Shown: positions 7,369 to 18,742, counted from the first letter of the stretch. The stretch: 51,921 bases of DNA from Thermoanaerobaculia bacterium (GCA_035462575.1 DATHUD010000178.1:1-51921), one strand, 5' to 3'. Program-made: numbers and translations. Notes: generated from the sequence alone by a model not told the origin.

Positions 7369-8973
7369 TCAACCCGCCACTTCGAGCCCCTGCCGCAGGC
7401 GGAGCCGGCAGTCGAAGACCTTCTCGAAGAAACGGCCCTGCTCGCGGGCGGCTTCGAGCTCCAGCTCCACGTCGTAGCGGGAGAGGATCTCGAGCGTCAC
7501 CCGGCCGGCGCGGATCGAGGCGTAGATCTCGTCCACCCGGGAGGCGTGGGTGCGGTCGAGCGAGTCGGCGATCCGCAGGAGGGCGGAGAGCCTCTTGACC
7601 GCCTTCTGCTGCCAGGGCCGGAGCGCCGCCATCGTGGGATGGCCGGACTTGGGCGTCGCGCCCCGGTGGTAGCGGGCGACGTGGGCGATGATCTCGATCT
7701 CCCGCTGGTCGAAGGCGTCCAGGACCGCGTTGGTGATCAGGTAGTAGGCGTGCTTGTGGTGCCCCCGGTAGTGGATCGAATAGCCGATGTCGTGGAGGAG
7801 GGCCGCGTATTCGAGCCACTCCCGCTCGCGGGTGCCCAGGCCGTGGAGCGACGCGGTGACGTCGAAGAGGCGCAGGGCAAGGCGGGCGCTCTGCAGGTTG
7901 TGGCGGTAGACGCTCTCGGCGCGCTCGGCGAGCTGAAGGATCTGGCGCCGCCGCAGATCCTCGGGCTCGGCCGAGGCCGGAATCGGCTGGCCCAGGGCGG
8001 CGAGGACCAGCCCCTCCCGGAGGGCCCGGTCGCAGACGTGGAAACGGTCGGCCCCGGCGTGGGCCACGAGCTCTTCCAGCAGGATCGCCCCGGCGAGCAG
8101 GCTGTCCGACCGTGGCCCCCCGACCGGCGGGAGGTCCGCGATCTGGCGGCGCTTCATCGTTGCCAGGCGGAGGATGAGCTGCGTGAGGTCTTTCGCCCGC
8201 ACCTCGCGGAGCGACCCCGAGAGGTCCTTCCACGGGCGGTCGGCGAAGAGGTCGATCAGGTCGGCACAGCAGACCGCCGTGCCCGAGGTGGCGACGAGCC
8301 GCCCGGCGGGGCCTTTGGGCACGGCTTCGGCCAGCCGCTTCTGGATGCGGCGGCGGAGCCGGCCGACCCGGGTGTCGCCGGGCGGGTCGCCTTTCAGATC
8401 CGCGGCGCAGCGCAGCGACCCCAGGGTGAGGCTCACCACCTGCTCGACGTCGCCGCCGCGGGTGTTGATCCACTCCGTGCTGCCGCCTCCCACGTCCACG
8501 ATGGAAGCCGGCCCGGGCCCCAGGTCCACCACCTCGCGGACGGCCCGGTAGATGAGCCGCCCCTCCTCGACGCCGGTCAGGAGCTGGACGTCGAGGCCGG
8601 TCTGCGCCTTGACCCGGGCGAGGAAGTCCTCCCCGTTCGACGACTCGCGGACGGCGCTGGTGGCGACCGCCACCACCCGTTCGGCCCCTTTGAGGCGCGC
8701 GAGGGTGGTCATCTTGACCAGGGCCTCCAGGCCGTCGCGCATGGCGGCCTCGGAGAGCGCCCCCTCGCCCAGGCCGGTCTTGCCCAGGCGGACCATCTCC
8801 CGCTCCCGCCCCAGCACCTGATAGCCGCCGTTGGGCTCGGCGGCCACCACGATCATGTGGATCGAGTTCGATCCGATGTCGATCGCCGCCAGCCGCTCGC
8901 GGGAGGGGCGGACGGTTTCGTGCGGCTCGGCGGCGACGGGAAAGGTGAGCGGCTGGATCACGACGGTCGTCAC
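7369..8973 (-). CDS. ppx: Ppx/GppA-family exopolyphosphatase with a C-terminal HD domain
   Basis: 534 aa with LAAIDIGSNSIHMIVV (the ASKHA phosphate-1 motif) and VDVGGGSTEW. The C-terminal HD region is LLHDIGYSIHYRGHHKHAYYLI. The start is GTG at 8971-8973, 10 nt after the upstream stop; the start choice is uncertain. Confidence 0.85.
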   Translation of the reverse strand: MTTVVIQPLTFPVAAEPHETVRPSRERLAAIDIGSNSIHMIVVAAEPNGGYQVLGREREMVRLGKTGLGEGALSEAAMRDGLEALVKMTTLARLKGAERVVAVATSAVRESSNGEDFLARVKAQTGLDVQLLTGVEEGRLIYRAVREVVDLGPGPASIVDVGGGSTEWINTRGGDVEQVVSLTLGSLRCAADLKGDPPGDTRVGRLRRRIQKRLAEAVPKGPAGRLVATSGTAVCCADLIDLFADRPWKDLSGSLREVRAKDLTQLILRLATMKRRQIADLPPVGGPRSDSLLAGAILLEELVAHAGADRFHVCDRALREGLVLAALGQPIPASAEPEDLRRRQILQLAERAESVYRHNLQSARLALRLFDVTASLHGLGTREREWLEYAALLHDIGYSIHYRGHHKHAYYLITNAVLDAFDQREIEIIAHVARYHRGATPKSGHPTMAALRPWQQKAVKRLSALLRIADSLDRTHASRVDEIYASIRAGRVTLEILSRYDVELELEAAREQGRFFEKVFDCRLRLRQGLEVAG

Positions 8974-8983
8974 ATCCGGGATT

Positions 8984-10675
8984 CTAGCCCCAAGCCGCCA
9001 CTTCCCGGGGGATCTCTTCCTCGCGGCGGCTCGCGGCGTGGAGACCGTCCATGGCGCCGAAGAACCAGCGCATGTAGGTCCCGGCCAGATCCTCCAGGGC
9101 CGGGCTCCCGGCCAGGTCCAGGGCGTGGAGCGGGACCTCGGTGGAAGGAAGGCCGGTCACCCGGATGCCCAGGAGCTTGCCGGCGGCGAGCCCCAGAAGG
9201 CCCAGCGGGCCGGTCGTGCTGACGACGATCTCCGAGTACCGCTCCTTCTCGCAGTGGTCCAGGATCTCCAGAAGAGGCGGGATGACGATCTTCTGCGATG
9301 GCGATCCGGGCATCGGCATGGAGAGGAGAGGCTCGAAGCAACGGGCCCCGGGCCGCGTTTCGCCACAGAGAATGGCCGTCACCGTGCATCCCGGCTCTCC
9401 CGCGACCCGGTCCGCGCCGGCCAGCGTGTCCGTGAACCAGGCCTTCTTGCCCGGGCGGTCCCCTTCGGGGAGCTGCCCCAGGAAGCGCAGGGAGGCCGCT
9501 TCCATGAGGCCCGAGTCCTTGTGCTGGGCGTGGAGAGAGACGAGGTACGGCGCGAGCGAGACCGCCAGGGGGGCCAGGTGAGCCACCGCGCCCAGGCTCT
9601 CGGCCAGCCGCCCGCGCCGGGCGTGGCGGACGAAGTCGCGGACGAGCGCGGAGAGGGAGTCCCGGGTGGCCTGGCCGGCTTCGCCGAAGGTCGCGCGGTC
9701 GGCCTTGGCGGTGGGCGATTCCGGCGGGAGGGACGAACGCCGGGTGCCGGGGAAGGGGACCACCTGGGCCAGCCGCCCGCGCAGGGTCTTCCTCTCCTCC
9801 TGGGGGGCGCTCTCCGCCGCCGGGGCCAGGGCCAGCCGGCGCAGCAGCTCGGCGAAGGGGTCCTTCCGGTTGCCGAGGATCGCCGGAAACTGCCGCCGGT
9901 AGTACTCCCAGGTGAGGCTGTAGAGGCTCTGCACCAGCCGCAGGGTGGAGCCGGTGTCGCCTCCGGGCTCCTGGCGGCCAGCCCTCAAATGCGCCAGGTA
10001 CTCTTCGACCGTCGTGGCCTCCGGGGTTTCGGTAAAGGTCGTCGCGATGTAGAAGCCGCCGTGGTCGTCGCTGCCGCCGGTGAAAGACTTCACCCAGGGG
10101 ACCGCGCCGTACGGTTCCAGCCGGTGGCGCTCGGCGAGGTCCGCCACCACTTCGGGCGTGAGCGAGGAGAGGATGCGCCGCGCCAGCTCGTTGCCCCGCC
10201 GGTCGTGGATGCCGTTCAGGCCTTCGAAGCGGTTGAAGAGGACGATGAGCTTTTCGAGGTGGGAGAGGGTGAGGCGGTCGTTGACGCGGTAGAACGGATG
10301 GCAGACCGAATGGAGGATGTCGCGCTCCCGGAAATAGTCCCGCAGCTCGTAGACGTTCTTGCGGAGCCGCTGGATGTCTTTGTGCTGCTCCTCGGTGATA
10401 CCGGTCGCGAGGCAGTGGATCTCGCAGCCGTCCTCGGGGAACTCCACCGTCACCTCGGAGGAGAGGAAGGCCCCGGGCAGGTGGGCGATCTCCAGGGCCC
10501 CCGAGATGGCGTCGTGGTCGCTGATCGTGACGAAGCTCATGCCGCGCTCGCGGCAGATCCTGTAGATCTCCCGGGGCTCCGTGAAGCTCTCGGGCGCTCC
10601 GAACTGGCGCAGGATCCATTCGCTCGGGCGGTTGGAGTGCTTGCTGTGGACGTGCAGGTCGGCTCTGGCCGTCAT
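8984..10675 (-). CDS. PHP (polymerase/histidinol phosphatase) domain protein fused to what looks like only the N-terminal half of a GT-B glycosyltransferase
   Basis: 563 aa from MTARADLHVHSKHSNRPSEW (PHP metal motif). The C-terminal ~150 aa (IVVSTTGPLGLLGLAAGKLLGIRVTG...YMRWFFGAMD) resemble a GT4 N-domain. The ATG at 10673-10675 has an AAGGAG SD. Confidence 0.65.
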   Translation of the reverse strand: MTARADLHVHSKHSNRPSEWILRQFGAPESFTEPREIYRICRERGMSFVTISDHDAISGALEIAHLPGAFLSSEVTVEFPEDGCEIHCLATGITEEQHKDIQRLRKNVYELRDYFRERDILHSVCHPFYRVNDRLTLSHLEKLIVLFNRFEGLNGIHDRRGNELARRILSSLTPEVVADLAERHRLEPYGAVPWVKSFTGGSDDHGGFYIATTFTETPEATTVEEYLAHLRAGRQEPGGDTGSTLRLVQSLYSLTWEYYRRQFPAILGNRKDPFAELLRRLALAPAAESAPQEERKTLRGRLAQVVPFPGTRRSSLPPESPTAKADRATFGEAGQATRDSLSALVRDFVRHARRGRLAESLGAVAHLAPLAVSLAPYLVSLHAQHKDSGLMEAASLRFLGQLPEGDRPGKKAWFTDTLAGADRVAGEPGCTVTAILCGETRPGARCFEPLLSMPMPGSPSQKIVIPPLLEILDHCEKERYSEIVVSTTGPLGLLGLAAGKLLGIRVTGLPSTEVPLHALDLAGSPALEDLAGTYMRWFFGAMDGLHAASRREEEIPREVAAWG

Positions 10676-10740
10676 CGACGATCTCCTTAGATTTCCCTTC
10701 TCGCCGGGATGCCATGGTAGGAGGCCCGTCCGGACGATCG

Positions 10741-10769
10741 CGTGACGGAGGAGTGAAAAGGCCGTCACG
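10741..10769. promoter_or_regulatory. Inverted repeat CGTGACGG-N13-CCGTCACG containing 11-bp-phased GTGAC/GTGAA/GTCAC pentamers in the divergent PHP-ppx / ppk intergenic region
   Basis: On the plus strand, GTGAC is at 10742, GTGAA at 10753 and GTCAC at 10764. The minus strand reads GTGAC-N6-TTCAC-N6-GTCAC, 66-94 nt upstream of the PHP gene ATG. Confidence 0.3.
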
Positions 10770-10905
10770 GATCAAGATCTTGAGGTCCTCTCGGCGTCGC
10801 ACCTCCAGCTCTGGGGGTGCCTCCGGCAGAGGCCCGGACCGGGTCGAATTTGTCACACGCTCGCCGCTTCCCGATCCGGGCGGTTGTGCGAAGATTTTTC
10901 TCCCT

Positions 10906-13050
<2,145 letters not shown>

Positions 13051-14265
13051 ATCTCTCCGCCCCCACGAACCCCGCCAGCCGGTCGAGGGCGGCTTCGAGC
13101 GCCGCCCGCCGCCCTTTCGTCTCCTTGACCCCCGGCTCCCACCAGAGCCCTTTGACCACCAGGAGCCCCTCGCCGCGGTGGAGCTTGGGGTCGAGCCGCC
13201 CCACGAGGCGCTCCCCTTCGAGGATCGGCAGCACGTAGTAGCCGTAGAGGCGCAGCCCCTCGGGGACGAACGCCTCGAAACGGTAGTCGAAGCCGAAGAG
13301 GCGCAGCGTCCGTTTGCGGTCGCGCAGGATCGGATCGAAGGGGGAGAGGAGGCGGATGCGCGGCGGGGCCGGGGGGAGGGCGGCGGCGCGGCTCTCCCAG
13401 TCCGGCAGGGCCCAGGAGGCGGTCGCCCGCTCGCCGTCCACGGACTCGACGGCCACGGGCACGATATGGCCCGCCGCCGCGGCCCGCCCGCACCAGGCCC
13501 GCGCCTCTTCCAGAGAGACCGCGTTCCAGAACCCGGCGATCTCTGCGGGTGTCGCCACGCCGAGCCGCTCCAGGGCGGAGAGGCAGGCCCAGTCCACGTG
13601 CTCCTCGTCTCCCGGCCGGGGTGCGGCGTGGCCGTGGGGGAAGACCCGTTCGGCCAGGTCATAGACCTTGTGGAAGCTCTCCCTTCGGGCCACGACGAGC
13701 TCGCCGGTCCGCCAGAGGTATTCGAGGGCCGCCTTCTGGGGCTTCCACCCCCACCAGGTCTTGTCGGTCCCGGCGGGGCGCTCGTCCTCGAAATTGCGGG
13801 TGAGGAGGGGGCCCTCGCGGCGGATCCGGTCGAGCACGTGGGCGACCGTCTTCGCGGGATCCGGGCCGACCCGCTCCCTCCACCAGGGGTGGGCGAGCAC
13901 GCGCGCCCGGTAGCGCTCGAAGCGGATCTTCCAGTACGGGTACCAGACGGCGGGGATCGCCGATGCGTCGTGCGTCCAGTGCTCGAAGAGCCGCCGGTCC
14001 TTTTCGAGCAGACGGGCAAAGTGCGCCGGTTTGTAGCCCTGGAGCCGGGCCGCGAGCGTCAGGTGGTGGGCCCGCTCCACGATGTTGATCGAGTCGATCT
14101 GGACGAACCCCATGCGGGCGATCAGGTCGTAGAGGACGTCCGGAGAGGCCCGCCTTCGAGGGTCTTCCAGGAGACCCTGGGCCGAGAGGAGCAGTCGCCG
14201 GGCCGTGGCGGCCGGGATCACGGGGACGGAGGAGGATTGCCGCGCCATGGCGGCAGAGGATATCG

Positions 14266-15648
14266 CTACGCCGCCGCCGTCTCGAAACGGAGGTTCGGGT
14301 TGCGGCGCGCCCGGAGGAGGTAATCGCTGATCCGCCGGACGAGGCCCGGCGTGGCGCCGTCGGCTTCCGCGGCGCGCTGGAAGACGGCGAGGGCCGAGAG
14401 AGCCTCGCGGTGGACGTCCTGGGAGAGGAAGACGGGGAGCATCTCCCGCGCGAGCTGGCGCACGTCGGCGGTCCGCCGCTGCTGCAGATAGAGGTTCGCG
14501 AGCTCCAGGGTGACGAGCGAGGCCTCGTAGCCCTGGCCCCCCGCGAGGAAGCGCCTCCGGGCTTCGCGGAGGGCCAGGCCGGCCTCCTCCAGCCGGCCGG
14601 TGGCGGCGGCGATGCGGCCGGAGAGCCAGAGGAGGCGGAGCTCGGTCCACGTGTCGTGAAAATGGGAGTAGGTGTGGCGGAAGCGCTCGAGGTAGGTCCG
14701 CGCCTCCTCGCCCCGGCCGCAGTCGGTCAGGAACCAGGCGAGGTTGTGGCGCCCCATGAGGACCAGGCGCGGCTCGCGCTCCCAGTCCACGAGCGAGAGC
14801 CCCTCCCGCAGCACGCGGATCGCCTCCTCGGGCCAGCCGGAGTGGCCGAGGACCGCCCCCTTGCTGATCAGCGTCCGCCCCCTGAGGTGACCCTCTTTCA
14901 GGCTCCCGTAGATGTCGATCACGATGTCCAGGAGCTCGGCGGCCTGCTCGAACCGGCCCTGGTCTGAAAGGAGCGAGGCCTTGAAGTCGAGGATGCGCGC
15001 CTCTTCCAGGGGATCGGCCGAGCCGGTCTCCGCGATCTCCTCGGCCCGGGCGAGGGCCTCCTCGGCCCCGGTCAGATCGAAGGCCAGGCGGCGGGCGTTG
15101 CCCAGGTAGGCCCAGGCGCGGGCCGCGAGATCCCGCACCACCGAAGGGCCGTAGGTCTCGGGATCGAGGAGCTCGGCCACCTGGAGCCCCAGCCAGGCCA
15201 GAGCCTGCGCTTCCAGGGGGTCGCCGAAGCCCGTCTCGAAGCTCTTCTCGATCAGCAGCTCGCAGACCGCCAGGGTCTGAAAGCGACGCTCCGCGCGGAC
15301 CCGCTCGGTCCGGCCGGATGCGGGTTTCTCCAGGAGCTCGGCCACCAGACCGGGAGCGGCGCTGCGTTCGACGAGGACCAGGGCCATCCGCTGCTCGAGC
15401 CGCTGGAGCACCCGGCTCCAGAGCGCGTCGTCGGCCATCCGCTCCGCGGCCGCGGGCGCGGGGAGCGCCAGGCCGAGCTGAGAGAGGAGGCTGGCGTCCA
15501 GCGTCGGCGCGAGGAGGGCGTCGACCTCCGGCTGGCAGACGGGGCAGCCGGCGCGGAGATGGTCCTCGATCCAACGCTCCTCCGGGGCCGTGGCCTGGCC
15601 CCGGGAGAAACGCTCCAGGGCGTTCCGGTCGGGATGGTGCTCAAGCAT
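14266..15648 (-). CDS. TPR-like regulator with an N-terminal Cys/His zinc-finger-like motif
   Basis: 460 aa from MLEHHPDRNALERFSRGQ...HLRAGCPVCQ. The long helical-repeat C-terminal region has TPR-like periodicity. The ATG is at 15646-15648. No partner sigma factor is in the window. Confidence 0.55.
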   Translation of the reverse strand: MLEHHPDRNALERFSRGQATAPEERWIEDHLRAGCPVCQPEVDALLAPTLDASLLSQLGLALPAPAAAERMADDALWSRVLQRLEQRMALVLVERSAAPGLVAELLEKPASGRTERVRAERRFQTLAVCELLIEKSFETGFGDPLEAQALAWLGLQVAELLDPETYGPSVVRDLAARAWAYLGNARRLAFDLTGAEEALARAEEIAETGSADPLEEARILDFKASLLSDQGRFEQAAELLDIVIDIYGSLKEGHLRGRTLISKGAVLGHSGWPEEAIRVLREGLSLVDWEREPRLVLMGRHNLAWFLTDCGRGEEARTYLERFRHTYSHFHDTWTELRLLWLSGRIAAATGRLEEAGLALREARRRFLAGGQGYEASLVTLELANLYLQQRRTADVRQLAREMLPVFLSQDVHREALSALAVFQRAAEADGATPGLVRRISDYLLRARRNPNLRFETAAA

Positions 15649-15726
15649 GTTCGAGAGCTCCTCAGCGCTCGACTTCGGGCGGAGATCCCGCCCCACTACT
15701 AAGGTTGCCTCTCGGGCTAAAAAAGT

Positions 15727-15753
15727 GACACCGGCGTAGAAAACGCCGGTGTC
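15727..15753 (-). terminator. Rho-independent terminator after the small secreted-peptide gene
   Basis: The perfect 10-bp stem is GACACCGGCG / CGCCGGTGTC with a 7-nt loop. On the minus strand it is followed by ACTTTTTTAG. It lies 23 nt downstream of the TGA at 15776-15778. Confidence 0.7.
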
Positions 15754-15775
15754 CGGCACTTTTTCGAGCGATCGC

Positions 15776-15988
15776 TCAACCGCCGCCGTTGGGATCCATG
15801 GTCCCGCGGGAGGGTGCGAAGAGCCGGAGCAGGAAGGCGAAGATCCCGTTTTCCGGCATCTGCCAGGAGTCTTCGCCGGGACGGGAGCGGTCCGATCGGC
15901 CGAGGGCCTGGGCGGGGGCGGCGGACAGCGCCAGGATGGATGCGAGGAGGAGAGCGGACGCGGTTTTCCGGATCGAGCGGCAGATCAT
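15776..15988 (-). CDS. Orphan small secreted protein (70 aa, Sec signal peptide), unknown function
   Basis: MICRSIRKTASALLLASILALSAAPAQA|LGRSDRS... has an n-h-c signal-peptide pattern with an AQA cleavage motif. A GGAGGGAG SD precedes the ATG at 15986-15988. A dedicated terminator lies downstream. Confidence 0.5.
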   Translation of the reverse strand: MICRSIRKTASALLLASILALSAAPAQALGRSDRSRPGEDSWQMPENGIFAFLLRLFAPSRGTMDPNGGG

Positions 15989-16238
15989 GGGATCTCCCTC
16001 CGGCAGGTCGCCCGGGGCCACCGTGGCCGCCAGCGCCTGCCCTAACTCCAAGAGTGCTCCAGGCGGCCTTTCGGGTGAGGAATCTCTTAAAGAAGCAGAC
16101 GAGGGGTCTTGCGTGTAGCTCTTGCAAATAGCCCCCTGCCCGCTTCTGCGATTCTTTTTTTCCTCTTCCGGTCTCCCCCACGGGCCGCCAGGGTGCGCCT
16201 CCTCCTTTTCCCGGCAACCGGGAGGGGGCTCCGGAGCG

Positions 16239-16254
16239 TGGCTTGCATCTTGCA
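16239..16254 (+). promoter_or_regulatory. Sigma-54 (-24/-12) type promoter candidate
   Basis: TGGCTTG-CATC-TTGCA matches the TGGCACG-N4-TTGCA spacing exactly (GG at 16240-41, GC at 16252-53). It lies 36 nt upstream of the GTG at 16290. Confidence 0.4.
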
Positions 16255-16289
16255 CAAGGCACCGATTGCCACGTGAGGGTCTTTCGAGA

Positions 16290-17474
16290 GTGCAACTGAA
16301 GAGTTTCTGGATCGCGGGCTTTGAATGCTCCTGTCACTGCCGCAAAGACGGCAGGCGGATCGACCTGCTCGCGGCGACCGGGCACGACCGGCTCGCCGCG
16401 GCCGACTACGCCTGCGCGCGCTCTCTGGGAATGGAGACGGTGCGCGACGGCATCCGCTGGCACCTGATCGAGCGGTCGCCCGGCCGTTACGACTTCTCCT
16501 CGCTCCTCCCGAAGATCCGGGCGGCGCGGCGGACCGGGGTGCAGGTGATCTGGGACCTCTGCCACTACGGATGGCCCGAGGGCCTGGACGTCTTCCGGCC
16601 CGAGTTTGTCGACCGGTTCGCCGATTTCGCCCGGGCCGTGGCCCGGCTGATCGCCGGCGAGACCGACGAGCCGCCCTTCTACACCCCGGTCAACGAGATC
16701 TCGTTCTGGTCCTGGGCCGGGGGCGACATGGCCCTGTTCAATCCCTGCACGACCGGCCGGGGGTTCGAGCTCAAAACCCAGCTCGTGCGGGCGAGCCTCG
16801 CGGCGATCGACGCCGTCCGGAGCGTCGACCCGCGGGCCCGCATCCTCCACGCCGACCCGGCCGTCCACATCGTGCCCGACCCGGAACGCCCGGAGGAGCG
16901 CGAGGAGGCCGAGGGCTACCAGGAGGCCCAGTTCCAGGCCTGGGACATGATCGCCGGCCGCCTGTGGCCCCAGCTCGGCGGCGACGAGCGCTATCTGGAC
17001 GTCGTCGGCGTCAACTACTACCCCTACAACCAGTGGGTCTACAAGGGGCCGTCCCTCTCCCGGGACGACCCGCGCTACCGGCCCTTCCGCGACATCCTGG
17101 CCGACGCCTGGGAGCGCTACGGCCGGCCGATCCTGATCGCCGAGACGGGCGCCGAGGAGGATCTCCGGGCTCCCTGGCTGCGCTACGTCTCCGAAGAGGC
17201 GCGGGCGGCCCGCCGCGCGGGCGTGCCGGTCCACGGGATCTGCCTCTACCCGATTCTCGACTACCCGGGCTGGGACGACGACCGGCACTGCCGGACCGGC
17301 CTGTGGGGATTCCCTGATGCGGCGGGGGGCCGGGAGGTCTGCCTCCCGCTCGCCCAGGAGCTCGCGCGCCAGCAGGAGCTCCTGAGGCGAGAGCCGCCGC
17401 TGCCTGGATTCAATGACGTTTCCCCGGACTCTTCGAAGGTCCGGGAGGAGGAGATGGAGCATGCCGCTTTCTGA
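16290..17474 (+). CDS. Clan GH-A (GH1-like) (beta/alpha)8 glycoside hydrolase
   Basis: About 394 aa from VQLKSFWIAGFECS. The acid/base motif is TPVNEISFWSW and the nucleophile motif is PILIAETGA. I chose the in-frame GTG at 16290 with GAGGG 10 nt upstream. The track TTG at 16122 adds a non-coding-looking leader. Confidence 0.65.
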   Translation: MQLKSFWIAGFECSCHCRKDGRRIDLLAATGHDRLAAADYACARSLGMETVRDGIRWHLIERSPGRYDFSSLLPKIRAARRTGVQVIWDLCHYGWPEGLDVFRPEFVDRFADFARAVARLIAGETDEPPFYTPVNEISFWSWAGGDMALFNPCTTGRGFELKTQLVRASLAAIDAVRSVDPRARILHADPAVHIVPDPERPEEREEAEGYQEAQFQAWDMIAGRLWPQLGGDERYLDVVGVNYYPYNQWVYKGPSLSRDDPRYRPFRDILADAWERYGRPILIAETGAEEDLRAPWLRYVSEEARAARRAGVPVHGICLYPILDYPGWDDDRHCRTGLWGFPDAAGGREVCLPLAQELARQQELLRREPPLPGFNDVSPDSSKVREEEMEHAAF

Positions 17475-18639
17475 CGCGGTTCCGACCGGGCAGTCCGGTG
17501 CCGCTACCAAGCCGGACCTGGTCTGCCTGTCCCACCTGCGGTGGGACTTCGTCTATCAGAGACCCCAGCACCTGATGAGCCGCTTCGCGCGCGACCGGCG
17601 GGTCTTCTTTGTCGAAGAGCCGGTCTTCGGAGACGGCCCGAAGCGCCTCGATGTGAGCGAACGGCCCGGCGGGGTCCGCGTCGCGATGCCTCACCTGCCG
17701 CACGGCCTCACCGCCTTCGAGGTGGAGGCGGCCCAGGCCGAGTTGACTTCCCTCCTGCTCGAAGAGCAGGGCGTTTCCGACTACGTCCTCTGGTACTACA
17801 CGCCGATGGCCGTGCCCTTCACCGGGCACCTGGCTCCCCGGGCCGTGGTCTACGACTGCATGGACGAGCTGTCGCTCTTCAGGGGCGCCCCCAAAGAGCT
17901 TCTGGATCGCGAAGCCCGGCTCCTCGAGAGCGCGGACCTGGTTTTCACCGGCGGGCAGAGCCTCTACGAGGCCAAGCGCGATCGCCACCCGGCCGTCCAC
18001 GCCTTCCCGAGCAGCATCGACGTCGAGCACTTCGCCCAGGCGAGGAACGGCATCCCCCACCCCGCCGACCAGAGGGGGCTCCCGCGCCCGCGGCTCGGCT
18101 ACTTCGGGGTGATCGACGAGCGGATCGACCTCGACCTCCTTGCGGCCGTGGCCGAGGCCCGGCCCGACTGGCAGATCGTCCTGGTCGGCCCCGTCGTCAA
18201 GATCGATCCGGCCACCCTGCCGCGCCGGGACAACCTCCACTACCTCGGAATGAAGCCCTACGCCGAGCTGCCGGCCTACCTCGCCGGCTGGGACGTGGCG
18301 CTCATGCCGTTCGCGAGAAACGAGTCCACCCGGTTCATCAGCCCCACCAAGACGCCGGAATACCTGGCCGGTGGGCGGCCCGTGGTGTCGACCTCGATCC
18401 GCGACGTGGTGCGCCCCTACGGCGAGCTGGAGCTGGTCGCGATCGCCGACAAGCCCGGAGAGTTCGTGGCCGCGGTCGAGTGGGCCTTCGAGACCCTGGG
18501 TCCCGAGCGGCCCGGCCGCGCCCCCTGGCTCTCCCGCGTGGACGAGCACCTCTCCCACGGGTCGTGGACCAGAACCTGGCAGAAGATGTCCGACCTCATC
18601 GAGCAGGCGGTCGCCGCACGCGCGGCCTCCTCGCGGTGA
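17461..18639 (+). CDS. GT-B fold glycosyltransferase (GT4/family 1 type)
   Basis: 392 aa from MPLSDAV. It carries LVCLSHLRWDFVYQRPQHLM and FISPTKTPEYLAGGRPVVST (E-x7-E-like region). The ATG at 17461 overlaps the hydrolase 3' end by 14 nt. Confidence 0.8.
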   Translation: MPLSDAVPTGQSGAATKPDLVCLSHLRWDFVYQRPQHLMSRFARDRRVFFVEEPVFGDGPKRLDVSERPGGVRVAMPHLPHGLTAFEVEAAQAELTSLLLEEQGVSDYVLWYYTPMAVPFTGHLAPRAVVYDCMDELSLFRGAPKELLDREARLLESADLVFTGGQSLYEAKRDRHPAVHAFPSSIDVEHFAQARNGIPHPADQRGLPRPRLGYFGVIDERIDLDLLAAVAEARPDWQIVLVGPVVKIDPATLPRRDNLHYLGMKPYAELPAYLAGWDVALMPFARNESTRFISPTKTPEYLAGGRPVVSTSIRDVVRPYGELELVAIADKPGEFVAAVEWAFETLGPERPGRAPWLSRVDEHLSHGSWTRTWQKMSDLIEQAVAARAASSR

Positions 18640-18742
18640 GCCCTCTTTGAAAAAGAAAAAGAAAAAAACTCCCTGATGGGCCCGACGGTGGGTTCACCGC
18701 TCCGAGCTACTTGCTGGGATTTACTCGAAAGGAGCCGGTTAG

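Noticed and set aside
16122-16289. TTG-initiated 56-aa leader on the glycosidase ORF.
   Set aside because: The translation (MQIAPCPLLRFFFSSSGLPHGPPGCASSF...) is not protein-like and covers the sigma-54-like promoter. The in-frame GTG at 16290 has a GAGGG SD and begins exactly at the conserved (beta/alpha)8 N-terminus.
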